A stretch of DNA of 64,000 nucleotides from a bacterium (GCA_030428785.1 JAUIEF010000005.1:10919-74918); one strand, 5' to 3'; counted from the first letter of the stretch, positions 10,018 to 21,395 are shown. Numbers and translations are program-made. The notes: generated by a model from the letters alone, not told the origin.

Positions 10018-10455
10018 TCACCCCGGCCCCATGCGATAGAGCATGACGTAGACGAGCACCCCCGTCACCGACACGTACAGCCACACGGGCAGCGTCCAGC
10101 GTGCGAGACGCCTGTGCTTGTCGAGGTTCCCGCGCGCGGCGTGCACGAGCAGCACGACGATGGGCGGGACCATGAGGGTCGCGAGCACGATGTGCGGGAC
10201 GAGCACCGCGAGGTAGACCGTCCGGATCCACCCGGTGCCCCAGAACGGCACGGACCCGACGGTGGCGTGGTACTCGAGGTAGGAGGCGAGGAACGCCGCC
10301 GAGAAGGCGAGCGCCCCGAGCATGAAGCGCTTGTGGAGCGCCTCGTCGCGCCCGCGGACCGCGAACAGCCCGCGACCGCGGATCGCCATCCAGCCCAACA
10401 CGAGCAGGACGGACGCGGAGCCGTTGAGCAGCGCGTGGAGCGCCGGGCGCGTCAC
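10018..10455 (-). CDS. DUF420 family membrane protein (cytochrome oxidase assembly-associated)
   Basis: HALLNGSASVLLVLGW, HKRFM, PHIVLA, HRRLARWTLPVWLYVSVTGVLVY; GTG start overlaps the upstream stop (GTGA). Confidence 0.85.
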   Translation of the reverse strand: MTRPALHALLNGSASVLLVLGWMAIRGRGLFAVRGRDEALHKRFMLGALAFSAAFLASYLEYHATVGSVPFWGTGWIRTVYLAVLVPHIVLATLMVPPIVVLLVHAARGNLDKHRRLARWTLPVWLYVSVTGVLVYVMLYRMGPG

Positions 10456-11957
10456 TTGGGCGTGCCGACCTCGGGGTCGCCCGTCGGCGCCTCGACGGCC
10501 GCGAGCAGCGCGACGTCGTCACGCAGACGCTCGAGCTCGAGCTCGTCGCGGTAGTCGTAGTACCCGCGCACGCGCGCCGACTTGTCGACGAGCGCGAACT
10601 TGCCGCTGTGGAAGAGCGGGGGCATGCCCGCGACCTCCTCGGCGCCGGCGTTCACCGGCAGCCGGAAGCCCGCCTCGGCGAGGTACTGGATGTCGCGCGG
10701 CGTCCCCGTGAGCAGGCGCCACGTCTCCATCGTGCCGCCGTACTTCGCGCGGTACGCCGTGAGCGCCTGGGGCCCGTCGTTGCGCGGGTCGACCGTCACG
10801 GAGAGGAAGCGCGTGGCGAGCCCCTCGTCGAGCAGCGCCGAGTAGACGTCGCTCATCTTGCCGCAGGTGACGCCGCAGCGCGTGAAGATGAAGTCCACGA
10901 TCCACACGTCGCCCAGCAGCTCCTTGCGCGTGAAGGGCTTGCCATCGTCGCCGACGAGCGAGAACTCGGGCAGGCGGCCGTGGTCGGGCAGGCCGGTGTC
11001 GTCGGAGGGACCGTCCGCCGTCGCGTCGGCGGCGGGCGAGACGAGATCGCCGGACTCCTCGGCGGTGACGCAGTCCTCGCAGGACGCGTCGCCGGGGCGG
11101 GCGGCGCACGCGACGTCGAGCGTGAGCGCGAGCAGGACCGCGGGGAGGTAGAGCACGGACGCGACGACGACGCGCCGCGCGCGCGCGCGATCGGGACGGG
11201 CGCGGAACGCGAAGGCGGCCAGGAGGAAGACCGCACCGAGCGAGAGCGCCGTGAGGCCGTAGGCGGCGCGCGCGGCGCCGAGCGTGACGGGGAGGATCGA
11301 GACGAGCATCACGGACATCACCAGGAGGGGCATCTGCCAGCGGAGGAGGGAGTCGTCGGGATCTTCGCCGGACAGCATCCGCATGCCGCCGGAGGCGTAC
11401 TGCTCCCGGTACATGGACGCGATGGCGAAGAAGTGCGGCAACTGCCAGAGGAAGACGAGGAGGAAGGCGGCCCACGAGAGCGGCGACGGCCCGCCCGCCG
11501 CGGCGGCGCCGACGAGCAGCGGAAGCGCGCCGGGGATCGCGCCGACCCAGGTGTTGCTCACGGTCCGTCGCTTGAGCGGCGTGTACACACCCAGGTAGAT
11601 CGTGATCGCGGCCGCCTGGTAAGCGAGCGCCTCGAGGCCCGCGCCGAGGCCGATCATGAGGAAGCCCGCGGTGAGCGAGACCGCGCTCGCCGCGAGCACC
11701 TGGCGCTCGGAGAGCGCGCCCGTCACGAGCGGACGCAGGCGGGTGCGCTCCATGCGCGCGTCCGCCTCGCGCTCGATGTAGTGGTTCAGCGCGCAGCCCG
11801 CCGCCGCCACGAGCAGCGTGCCGGCGAGCGCCCACGGGAGCGCGGCGAAGTCCGCCGGGCGCTCGACGAGGTAGCCGACCGCCGTGCACACGAGCACGAG
11901 GACCGCGATACGCGGCCGGACGAGCGCGGCGAGGCCGTGTCGGTCGAGACGCGCCAC
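10452..11957 (-). CDS. ctaB: Protoheme IX farnesyltransferase (heme O synthase) fused to a C-terminal SCO1/SenC copper chaperone domain
   Basis: ALNHYIEREADARMERTRLRPL, YTPLKRRT, WQLPHFFAI (CtaB); then DFIFTRCGVTC (CxxxC) and FHSGKFALVD (SCO His). Single uninterrupted frame. Confidence 0.9.
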   Translation of the reverse strand: MARLDRHGLAALVRPRIAVLVLVCTAVGYLVERPADFAALPWALAGTLLVAAAGCALNHYIEREADARMERTRLRPLVTGALSERQVLAASAVSLTAGFLMIGLGAGLEALAYQAAAITIYLGVYTPLKRRTVSNTWVGAIPGALPLLVGAAAAGGPSPLSWAAFLLVFLWQLPHFFAIASMYREQYASGGMRMLSGEDPDDSLLRWQMPLLVMSVMLVSILPVTLGAARAAYGLTALSLGAVFLLAAFAFRARPDRARARRVVVASVLYLPAVLLALTLDVACAARPGDASCEDCVTAEESGDLVSPAADATADGPSDDTGLPDHGRLPEFSLVGDDGKPFTRKELLGDVWIVDFIFTRCGVTCGKMSDVYSALLDEGLATRFLSVTVDPRNDGPQALTAYRAKYGGTMETWRLLTGTPRDIQYLAEAGFRLPVNAGAEEVAGMPPLFHSGKFALVDKSARVRGYYDYRDELELERLRDDVALLAAVEAPTGDPEVGTPK

Positions 11958-11958
11958 G

Positions 11959-12942
11959 TCAGGCCCGCTCCAGGACGCCGCCGACGGGGGCGTCGGTGAC
12001 GACCTCGGCGGTGGCGCCGCGGCGCCAGGCGCGCAACGTGAGCAGCCACGTGAGCGCGAGCAGCGCCGCACCGGTCACGACGTGCACCGAGGTGATGACG
12101 GGCGCCTTGCCGTGCCACACGACGTAGGCTCCGAGCGTGCCCTGCGCGAGCACGAGCAGCCCGCACGCGGACGCGTGCAGCCGCAGCGCCGGGAGCCGCC
12201 GCGCGACGACGACGGCCGCGCGCAGCACGAGCACCGCGACCACCACCGCGAAGCCGCGGTGCAGCATGTGGATCACCACGAGCCGGTCGACGACCTCCGG
12301 CAGGAACGCGCCCGACTCCGAGACGGGGAAGAACGGCACCGCGAGCCCCGCCTCGCTGTGGCGCATCCACGCACCGAGCAGCAGCTGGAGGAAGACGGCC
12401 GCGACGGCCGTGACGCCCGCGCGGAACGCGGAGGGCGCCGCCTTCGGGTCGGCCCCGGCGACGCGACGCCACTCACCGGTCCCCGAGTACGCCATCCACG
12501 CGACGATGCACAGGAACGTCTGCGCGAGCGCGCCGTGCGCCATGCTCACCGGCGTCGGGAGCAGGTAGATGACGGTGATGCCGCCGAGCAGCCCCTGCGC
12601 GATCACCGCGCCGAGCGCCACCCACCCGAGCTTGCGCACCCAGGCGCGCGACTCCACCGCCTGCACCCAGAACGCGAGCACGAGCGTGAGGAAGCCGACG
12701 GTCGCCGCGACCATGCGGTGCCCGTGCTCGTAGAACACGTTGCCCACCATGGGCGGCATCCACATGCCGTAGGACTTCGGCCAGTCCGGGACGGACAGGC
12801 CGGCCTCGCGGCTCTTGACCTCCGCTCCCGCGAAGATGAGGAACAGCGTCGCGCCGAAGAGCGCGAAGCCGAAGCGCCTGCGGGCCGGAGACACGACCGC
12901 CCCGGTCGTCGGGGCCGGGGCGGTCGGTCGATCGCGTGTCAC
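11959..12942 (-). CDS. ctaA: Heme A synthase (COX15/CtaA family)
   Basis: AGLSVPDWP, EHGHR, QGLLGGITV, HGALAQ, HMLHR, HVVTG; ~8 TM helices. Confidence 0.88.
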   Translation of the reverse strand: MTRDRPTAPAPTTGAVVSPARRRFGFALFGATLFLIFAGAEVKSREAGLSVPDWPKSYGMWMPPMVGNVFYEHGHRMVAATVGFLTLVLAFWVQAVESRAWVRKLGWVALGAVIAQGLLGGITVIYLLPTPVSMAHGALAQTFLCIVAWMAYSGTGEWRRVAGADPKAAPSAFRAGVTAVAAVFLQLLLGAWMRHSEAGLAVPFFPVSESGAFLPEVVDRLVVIHMLHRGFAVVVAVLVLRAAVVVARRLPALRLHASACGLLVLAQGTLGAYVVWHGKAPVITSVHVVTGAALLALTWLLTLRAWRRGATAEVVTDAPVGGVLERA

Positions 12943-12979
12943 GATCAGGATTCCTGCGTGGCCATGGAGGCCGGGAGCC

Positions 12980-13768
12980 TCAGAGCTCCCAGGTCATCTC
13001 GAAGGTGGCGGCGCCGCCCTCGACCTTGACCTTGCCCTCCTTCGAGCCGAGCGACTCGTGCCACATCTTCACGCCGTACTCGCCGTCGGGCAGGTCGGAG
13101 GTGTCGATGCGGAACGCGCCGGACGCGTCGGTCGTGCCGAAGTACGGGTGCTCCATCACGAAGCAGTACGCCTTCATCCAGGTGTGCACGTCGCACTTGA
13201 AGGTGATGGCGTCCTCGGCCTTCTTGAAGGACTTGGTGATCTCCATGCCCTTGTTGGGCATGCCGACGTTGAACTCGCGGTTCACGCTGGGCGTCGGGTG
13301 GATGTTGTGCAGGGTGTCATCGCTGTTGATGATCTTGATGTCCTGCTTCTTCATGACGCCGAACACGTGCGGGACGTACTCGCAGCCGACCTGGTCGAGC
13401 TCGACCGCCTCGTCCGGGGCCTTGTAGCGCTCGTCGGGCACGCCGGTGAGCTGGACGAAGACGTCGGCCAGGCCGCCGTTCTCGCCGCGGACGGTGCTGT
13501 GGCTCAGGCCGCCCTCGTGCATGCCGGCGCAGACCGGGTCGCTCGAGATGTCGACCGCCTCGGGAGCGGGCATGTCGCCCTTGGCCTTGATGGTGCCGGT
13601 CACGGCGCCGGCCGTCGGGGCGGCGGCGGGGTTCTTGGCGGGCGCGACCACGGCGGGCGCGGCGGCGGCGACCTTGGTCTCGGCCACGGGCACGTCGTCG
13701 GAGGCCAAGCTGTCACCGCAGGCGATCGCGGTCACGAAGGAGAGGACCAGGGCGGAGTTGCGAAGCAT
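12980..13768 (-). CDS. Lipoprotein with cupredoxin-like domain and carboxypeptidase-regulatory-like beta-sandwich
   Basis: Lipobox AIAC; DQVGCEYVPHV, HNIH, CDVHTWM; SD GAGGTGA 5 nt before ATG 13768. Confidence 0.75.
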   Translation of the reverse strand: MLRNSALVLSFVTAIACGDSLASDDVPVAETKVAAAAPAVVAPAKNPAAAPTAGAVTGTIKAKGDMPAPEAVDISSDPVCAGMHEGGLSHSTVRGENGGLADVFVQLTGVPDERYKAPDEAVELDQVGCEYVPHVFGVMKKQDIKIINSDDTLHNIHPTPSVNREFNVGMPNKGMEITKSFKKAEDAITFKCDVHTWMKAYCFVMEHPYFGTTDASGAFRIDTSDLPDGEYGVKMWHESLGSKEGKVKVEGGAATFEMTWEL

Positions 13769-13903
13769 GGGGATCACCTCTGTCGAGGAGTCGGATGGGC
13801 TGGCGCCGGGGCGCCGGTCGGGTTCCCTGTGACCCGTGTTTTCCTGCCCGGGGCACAGTCACGGTCCCAGCATAGGCAATTCGCCGGGGCCCGTGGAAGC
13901 GCG

Positions 13904-13940
13904 AGGAGCCCCTCCTCGGGGGGACCGGGGAGGGGCTCCT
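13904..13940 (-). terminator. Hairpin downstream of groEL, probable terminator
   Basis: Perfect 12-bp inverted repeat aggagcccctcc / ggaggggctcct, 50 nt past the groEL stop; a second small hairpin at about 13954-13968. Confidence 0.55.
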
Positions 13941-13989
13941 GAGCGCGCGGAAGGGGCTTTTCGAGCCCGCTCCATGCGCGAAATCGAGA

Positions 13990-15609
<1,620 letters not shown>

Positions 15610-15652
15610 GTGGGGGCTTTCTCTGTCAGTGGAAGCGTGCGGTGGCGGGCGG

Positions 15653-15985
15653 TCAGGAGACGACGGCGAGGATCTCGTCCTCGCGCACGATCAGGTAGTC
15701 CTCGCCGCCGACGGACACCTCGGTGCCCGCGTAGGAGGAGAAGATCACGCGGTCGTTCTTCTTGACCTGCAGGGCGGTGCGGCTGCCGTCGTCGGAGACG
15801 CGGCCTTCGCCCACGGCGATGACGACGCCCTCGCGCGGCTTCTCCTTGGCGCTCTCGGGCAGCACGATGCCGCCGGCGGTCGTGGTCTCGGCCTCGACGC
15901 GCTTCACGAGGACGTTGTCGCCCAGCGGGGTGATGTCGACCTTCTTGGACGTCGAGCGGGTGGTCTTGGCAGACTTGGTCGCCAT
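15653..15985 (-). CDS. groES: Co-chaperonin GroES with short basic N-terminal extension
   Basis: [32 protein letters not shown]; RBS aggag. Confidence 0.98.
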   Translation of the reverse strand: MATKSAKTTRSTSKKVDITPLGDNVLVKRVEAETTTAGGIVLPESAKEKPREGVVIAVGEGRVSDDGSRTALQVKKNDRVIFSSYAGTEVSVGGEDYLIVREDEILAVVS

Positions 15986-16069
15986 GTCGGTGCTTTCTCC
16001 TGTTCTGGTGGGTCGTGCGATGGCGGAGCGCGTCGCGCTCCGCGCCGGTTCAGCGATGGGTGGAACGGT

Positions 16070-16501
16070 TCAGAGCATGAGCTCGTCGAGGATGCGGTCG
16101 ACCGCCGAGCGCATCTGGCGCGCCTCGAACGGCTTGTCGAGGAACGAGGCGCCGAGCAGCTCGCAGGCGCTGCGGATCTCGCGCGCCGGGTTCCCGGACA
16201 TGAAGATGGTGGGCATGCGCCGCGGCACGGGCGGCGCGGCCGGGCCGGCGGCCCGGGCGATCCACGGGCCGGAGACGTACCGCTCGATGACCTGGAGGCC
16301 GGTCATGTCGGGCATCTCGACGTCGAGGATCGAGAAGTCGATGGGCCGCTGGAGCAGGGTCCGCAGGGCGCTCGTCCCGCAGTCGGCGACGTGGACGTCG
16401 AAGGACAGGCCCGCGAGCAGCTCCGCGACGGACTCGCGGATCGCGCGGTCGTCGTCGCCGACGAGCACGGAGAAGGCGCGGCTGTTGCGGGATCGGTCCA
16501 T
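16070..16501 (-). CDS. Single-domain response regulator
   Basis: VLVGDDD, ILDVEMPDMTG, IFMSG, LDKPF: all catalytic REC residues present. Confidence 0.88.
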   Translation of the reverse strand: MDRSRNSRAFSVLVGDDDRAIRESVAELLAGLSFDVHVADCGTSALRTLLQRPIDFSILDVEMPDMTGLQVIERYVSGPWIARAAGPAAPPVPRRMPTIFMSGNPAREIRSACELLGASFLDKPFEARQMRSAVDRILDELML

Positions 16502-16531
16502 GGCATCTGCCCGGTGCGGACACGCGTGAAA

Positions 16532-16547
16532 AGCAAACGGGGTGCCA
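16532..16547 (-). promoter_or_regulatory. sigma54 (-24/-12) promoter for the response regulator-groES-groEL run
   Basis: Minus strand TGGCACCCCGTTTGCT = GG-N10-GC with TGGCAC and TTGC consensus, 30 nt upstream of the ATG at 16501. Confidence 0.75.
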
Positions 16548-16716
16548 ACGAGCGACGGCGGACGCCCACCTCGGCGAAGGCCTCGAATCCCGGCCAGGAG
16601 GCCGACGGATCCGGGAGCGGCGATCGCGAGCCGGCCGGGCGCCGCCGGACCGCCCGGCGTACTGCGCCAGAATGGCAGCGCCCGTCGGGCCGCCCCGCCC
16701 TCGTGCCGGTGCCGAA

Positions 16717-17445
16717 ATGACAGCTGATCGCCCGCCCCGGCCGACCGCACTCCTCGCCGACCGACGGGTGTACCTCGTCGCTACGACGCCCGGCGGAGGG
16801 CCGGGGACCGCCGCCGGCAGGGCCTGGCGGGAGCGCGTCGCGACCGCCGTCGCGGCCGGGATCGACCTCGTGCAGGTCCGCGACAAGCGGGGGGACACGG
16901 CGACGCGGCGCGCGTGGCTCGCCGCCCTGCGCGCGCAGGTCGGCGGCGGCGCCCGGCTCGTCGTGAACGACGACCTCGACGCCTGCTCCGACGACACCGG
17001 CCGCGTCCTCGCCGACGGACTGCACCTGGGCCGCGACGACGCCGCGGCGCTGGGCGACGGCGACCGCGCCCTCGGGCTCCGGCGCGCACGGGAGCGCCTC
17101 GGCGCGGACCGCGCGCTCGGCACGTCGACGCGCACGCTCGTCGAGGTCGAGGCCGCCGTCGACGCGGGCGTCGACCACGTCGGCTTCGGCGCGATGGCGG
17201 CCTCCCCCACCAAGTCGGACACCGCGCCCGCCGACCCCGAGGAGCTCGCCCGCTGCGCGCGCGCCTACCCGGACCTGCCGATCTACCCCATCGGCGGCGT
17301 CACGCCCGCGCTCCTGCCGCGGCTCGCGGAGCTCGGCGTGCGACGCGTCGCGGTCGGCAGCGCGGTGCTCGACGCACCGGACCCCGCGGCCGCGGCGCGC
17401 CTCTTCGTCGAGTGGTCGCGCGAGCCGTCGCGGCCGCCGGACTGA
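16717..17445 (+). CDS. thiE: Thiamine phosphate synthase-like protein
   Basis: VQVRDK, LVVNDD, GLHLGRDD, GTST, DHVGFG, SPTK, PIGGV, VAVGSAV. Confidence 0.85.
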   Translation: MTADRPPRPTALLADRRVYLVATTPGGGPGTAAGRAWRERVATAVAAGIDLVQVRDKRGDTATRRAWLAALRAQVGGGARLVVNDDLDACSDDTGRVLADGLHLGRDDAAALGDGDRALGLRRARERLGADRALGTSTRTLVEVEAAVDAGVDHVGFGAMAASPTKSDTAPADPEELARCARAYPDLPIYPIGGVTPALLPRLAELGVRRVAVGSAVLDAPDPAAAARLFVEWSREPSRPPD

Positions 17446-17493
17446 CGCGCGCGCGGAGCAAGCGGAAGAACCGGCTCGCGCCCGCCGATCGCG

Positions 17494-20400
17494 TCACGGT
17501 CTCCACCAGCGGATCTCGCCCGACCAGTCGCAGCTCGCGAGCGTGCGGCCGTCGGGGTCGAAGGCGACGGACGACACGACGCCTCGATGGCCGCCGAGCC
17601 GCGCGACCTCGAGCCACGAGTCCGTGGTCCAGAGGCGCACCGTCCCGTCGGCGTGGCCGCTCACGAGCCGCGACCCGTCCGGATGGAACGCCAGCGCGAG
17701 GACCGGTTGCGCGCCCTCCGGGACGGGGATCGTCGCGACGATGCGCCAGGTCCCGGTGTCGACCACCAGCAGCGCGTCCCACGCGGCCGTCGCGACGAGG
17801 CGTGTGCCGTCCGGCGACACGGCGAGGCGCCCGTCGACGCCCTCGGCGCGCTCGAAGGAGGCGATCCGCGAGCCCGTCGTCGGGTCGTACACACCGAGGA
17901 AGCCGCTGCCGGAGAGCACGGCGAGCCAGGCCTCGTCGGGGCCGACGGCGAGGTCCATGCACGCGATCGCCCGCTCCTCGGCGAGCGCGAGGTCACGCAC
18001 CTCGCCGTCCCTGCCGACGCGGTGCGCGCGCCGCCGTCTCCCGGCGGCCCAGACGGAGCGACCGTCTCCGGCGACGGCGAGCCCGCGGATCCCCTCGCTC
18101 CCGAGCGCGACCTCCCGGACGACCTCGCGGCTCGAGAGGTCCCAGAAGCGGAGCCGACACGACGCGCGCAACGAGCTCACGACCGTCTCGCCGTCCGCGA
18201 GGAGCACGGCTCCGTGCGCGTCGCTCGACGGGTCGCCCGCCACGACGACCTCGGGATCGGCGGTGTCGCCGCGCCAGATCCGCAGGCGATCGTCCGGCGA
18301 CGCGACGACCAGCCGTTCGTCGTCGGGGAAGAGCACGGTGTTGCTGAACTCGCAGCCGCGTCGCGTCCAGACGTCGACGTCGTCCCAGGAGAACGAGCGG
18401 AGCGTGCCGTCGGCGTCGACGGCGACGAGCGACGGCCCGGCCGCGGCGGCCACGGTCCCCGTGCCCGGCGCCGGTCCGTGGAGCCTCGCGACGAGCTCAC
18501 CGCTCGTGACGTCCGTGAGCACGACCGTCCCTCCGGAGCCGCGGCACGCGAGCTGGTCACCGGCGGGTGAGAACGCCAGGGACCGCGGTGTGCCGGACGC
18601 GTCACGGTGGATCGAGACGGGCGCGTCCGTCCCGACGTCCCAGACGACGACCCGTCCGTCGATCGACGCCGAGGCGATCCGCGATCGCGCGGCGTCCACA
18701 GCGACGGCCGACACGACCCCCGTGTGTTCGCGCAACCGCGACGTCGGCCGGAGCGTCGCGCCGTCGAGCAGGACGACGTCCCCGGACCACAGCCCCGCGA
18801 CGACGCGACGACCGTCGGCCGACGCGACGAGGGCGCTGACCGCGCTCCCGAGCGGCGGGCTCCGGCGAGCCGCCCGGGACGCGACGAGCGGGACCTCGTG
18901 CACCACGCCCTCCCGGTCTCCGACCCACGCACGGCCCCCCGCGGCGGCCAGGCGTCCGGGCGGTCCGTCGAGCGGCCGGGTGCCGTCGCCCGCTCCCGCC
19001 CGGAGCAGGCCGTCCTCCGTGGCGACCACCGCGCCCCCATCGTCGGTGAGCGCGACGTCGTCCGCCGCGTCGGGCAGCGGACACTCGCCGCGGTATCCGC
19101 CGCCCTCCGCGTCGAACAGCAGGAGGATCGGTCCGTGCGTCGCGTTGGGCGCGTAGGTCACGGCGACCAACCCGCCGTCGCCCCCGACGGTCGAGGCGGT
19201 CAGCACCTCGTCGCGGACGTCGTGGCGCCAGCGCGAGCGGTCGAGCCGTCCGTGGAGCAGCTCCCACTCCCAGCCGCGGAGCCCCGCCGGTGACGCGTCG
19301 AGCTGGCTGCGCGCGAGCTCCGTGTTGCCCGCGCGCAGGGCGGCCTCCGCCGCGGCGATCGACGCCGTGTAGCCGGTCCACTCCGCGCGGGCCGCCTGGC
19401 GCACGGCGTCCCGGTTCGCGGCGAGCGCCAGCAGGAGCCCGACAGTCAACGCGAGCACGACGAGCGCGACGGCGCCGACGAGCAGCCGGTTGCGTCGCAC
19501 GAACGAGGTGACGCGGTAGGCCACGGTGTCCGGCTGGGCCAGCACGGGCCGACCGTCGAGCAGGCGCTCGAGGTCCGCGGCGAGCGCGCCCGCGTCCGGG
19601 TAGCGGCGCTCCGGTTCCTTGGCGAGCGCGCGCATGACCACGACGTCGAGGTCGCCGCGCGAGCTCCCCCAGCTGCCCGTCAACCGCGCGCTCGGGCGCG
19701 ACGGCGTGCGCGCGAGGATCGCGTCCTCCACCTCGCGCGGCGAGCGTCCACCCTCGTCGAAGGGCGAGCGCCCGGTCAGCGACTCGTAGAGCAGGACGCC
19801 CAGCGCGTGCACGTCCGTCGCGGTGGTGACGTCCTCGCCGCGGAGCTGCTCGGGGGCCGCGTAGCGAGGCGTGAGCAGGCGCTCGCCCGTGCGCGTGAGC
19901 AACGTCGGGTCGGGCGCCGTGCCGTCGACGGCCTTGGCGATGCCGAAGTCCAGGAGCTTGGGCGCGAACTCCGGCGTGACGAGGATGTTCGACGGCTTGA
20001 GGTCCCGGTGCACGACGCCCTCGTCGTGCGCGGAGGCGACGGCCCGGCACACCTCGGCGAGCAGCGCGACGCGGTCGCGCGGGTCGAGCGCGGCGACGGC
20101 CTCGTCGAGCGGCTTCCCGTCGACGAACTCCATGGCGAGGTACGGCCGGCCCGTGGGCGTCGCGCCGCCGTCGATGAGCCGCGCGATGCCGGGGTGGACG
20201 AGGCGCGCGAGGACGCGGCGCTCCCGCCGGAGCCGCTCGAGGAGGTCCGGCGCGTCGAGGTCGGCGCGGACGAGCTTGAGCGCGACGAGCTGCTCGTAGG
20301 TGCCGTCGTCGCGGGTCGCGAGGTGGACGTCGCCCATTCCGCCGCTGCCGAGGCGACGCAGCACGCGCCACGGCCCGATGCGGGCGCCGGGCGACTCGCC

Positions 20401-20649
20401 GAACACGCTCTCGCCGGCGGTCCAGCCCCCGGGGTCGAGGAAGCCCGGACGGGCGTCGGCGAGGTCGCCGTGCTCGAGGAGCTCCCGGACCTCGCGGGCG
20501 ACGTCGGGGTCCTCCTCGTGCAGCGCCGCCAGGTACGCCGCGCGGGCGTCGCCCGCGAGCGCCCGCGCCTCGTGGAGCCGCGCGGCGAGCCGATCCCACG
20601 GACCGGTCCCCGGCTGCCCGTCCTCGGTCGTGCCCGTCGACCCACCCAT
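17494..20649 (-). CDS. Ser/Thr protein kinase with TM helix and C-terminal WD40 repeats
   Basis: LGSGGMGDV, VALK, HRDLKPSN, DFG, YAAPEQ; TM LLVGAVALVVLALTVGLLLAL; repeated GH...FxPDG...WD/IW units. Confidence 0.93.
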   Translation of the reverse strand: MGGSTGTTEDGQPGTGPWDRLAARLHEARALAGDARAAYLAALHEEDPDVAREVRELLEHGDLADARPGFLDPGGWTAGESVFGESPGARIGPWRVLRRLGSGGMGDVHLATRDDGTYEQLVALKLVRADLDAPDLLERLRRERRVLARLVHPGIARLIDGGATPTGRPYLAMEFVDGKPLDEAVAALDPRDRVALLAEVCRAVASAHDEGVVHRDLKPSNILVTPEFAPKLLDFGIAKAVDGTAPDPTLLTRTGERLLTPRYAAPEQLRGEDVTTATDVHALGVLLYESLTGRSPFDEGGRSPREVEDAILARTPSRPSARLTGSWGSSRGDLDVVVMRALAKEPERRYPDAGALAADLERLLDGRPVLAQPDTVAYRVTSFVRRNRLLVGAVALVVLALTVGLLLALAANRDAVRQAARAEWTGYTASIAAAEAALRAGNTELARSQLDASPAGLRGWEWELLHGRLDRSRWRHDVRDEVLTASTVGGDGGLVAVTYAPNATHGPILLLFDAEGGGYRGECPLPDAADDVALTDDGGAVVATEDGLLRAGAGDGTRPLDGPPGRLAAAGGRAWVGDREGVVHEVPLVASRAARRSPPLGSAVSALVASADGRRVVAGLWSGDVVLLDGATLRPTSRLREHTGVVSAVAVDAARSRIASASIDGRVVVWDVGTDAPVSIHRDASGTPRSLAFSPAGDQLACRGSGGTVVLTDVTSGELVARLHGPAPGTGTVAAAAGPSLVAVDADGTLRSFSWDDVDVWTRRGCEFSNTVLFPDDERLVVASPDDRLRIWRGDTADPEVVVAGDPSSDAHGAVLLADGETVVSSLRASCRLRFWDLSSREVVREVALGSEGIRGLAVAGDGRSVWAAGRRRRAHRVGRDGEVRDLALAEERAIACMDLAVGPDEAWLAVLSGSGFLGVYDPTTGSRIASFERAEGVDGRLAVSPDGTRLVATAAWDALLVVDTGTWRIVATIPVPEGAQPVLALAFHPDGSRLVSGHADGTVRLWTTDSWLEVARLGGHRGVVSSVAFDPDGRTLASCDWSGEIRWWRP

Positions 20650-20712
20650 GGCCCCAGGATCGGCGAGGATCCGGCGGGCGGCAAGGGCGCGGGCTCCAGA
20701 TACGATCGCGGC

Positions 20713-21270
20713 ATGGACCCCGCCGACGTCACGGAGCTGCTCGCCCGCCTCGAGGCCGGTGACGAGGCGGCGGACGCGCAGCTCTTCCAGGTGGCGTACG
20801 ACGAGCTGCGCGCCGCGGCCCGTCGCGCGATGCAGGGAGAGCGCGCGGGGCACACGCTCCAGACGACCGCGCTCGTGCACGAGGCCTGGATGCGGCTCGG
20901 CGGAGCGGCGCGGACGAGCGGGAGCCGGGCGCACTTCCTGGCGCTCGCGGCGCGCGCGATGCGGCGGGTGCTCGTCGACCACGCGCGGGCGCGCGGGGCG
21001 GCGAAGCGCGGCGGCGACGCCCAGCGCGAGGCGCTCGACGAGGCCGTCGCGGTCTTCGAGCAGGACGGCACGGCGTTGCTGGACCTCGACGACGCGTTGC
21101 AGCGGCTCCAGGAGCGGGACGCGCGCATGGCCGAGATCGTCGAGCTGCGCTTCTTCGGCGGGCTGACGCTCGAGGAGGTCGGCCGGCGGACGGGGCTCGG
21201 CAAGTCGCGGGTGCACGAGCTCTGGGGCCTCGCGCGGGCGTGGCTCCACCGGGAGCTGTCGCGCATGTAG
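20713..21270 (+). CDS. ECF sigma factor of the kinase-associated HTLQxTALVHE type (TIGR02999-like)
   Basis: VTELL, YDELRAAAR, HTLQTTALVHEAW, LRFFGGLT; -10 TACGAT (20701-20706) 6 nt before the ATG. Confidence 0.92.
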   Translation: MDPADVTELLARLEAGDEAADAQLFQVAYDELRAAARRAMQGERAGHTLQTTALVHEAWMRLGGAARTSGSRAHFLALAARAMRRVLVDHARARGAAKRGGDAQREALDEAVAVFEQDGTALLDLDDALQRLQERDARMAEIVELRFFGGLTLEEVGRRTGLGKSRVHELWGLARAWLHRELSRM

Positions 21271-21395
21271 GGCGCGACGGCCGGGGCGGCTCGGTCGGGA
21301 GCGCTCCGGAAAACACCCGGAAGTCCGACCCGCGATCCCGCAGGGGTCGGTGGAGGCGGCGTCGTCGCCCGGGCAGTCCCCCGACCAGGAGCTCC

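Noticed and set aside
7078-10554. 1158-aa plus-strand ORF and similar giants (31402-35781, 24754-26874, 48536-51910, 59036-61975)
   Set aside because: Antisense to well-supported genes, Arg/Ala/Gly-rich with no motifs; expected when stop codons are rare at very high GC.
16575-16605. cctcgaatccc resembling a tRNA T-loop
   Set aside because: Lacks GTTC and a cloverleaf context; lies in the promoter region between the regulator and thiE.
15986-16716. CIRCE/HrcA operator upstream of groES
   Set aside because: No TTAGCACTC-N9-GAGTGCTAA-like inverted repeat found.
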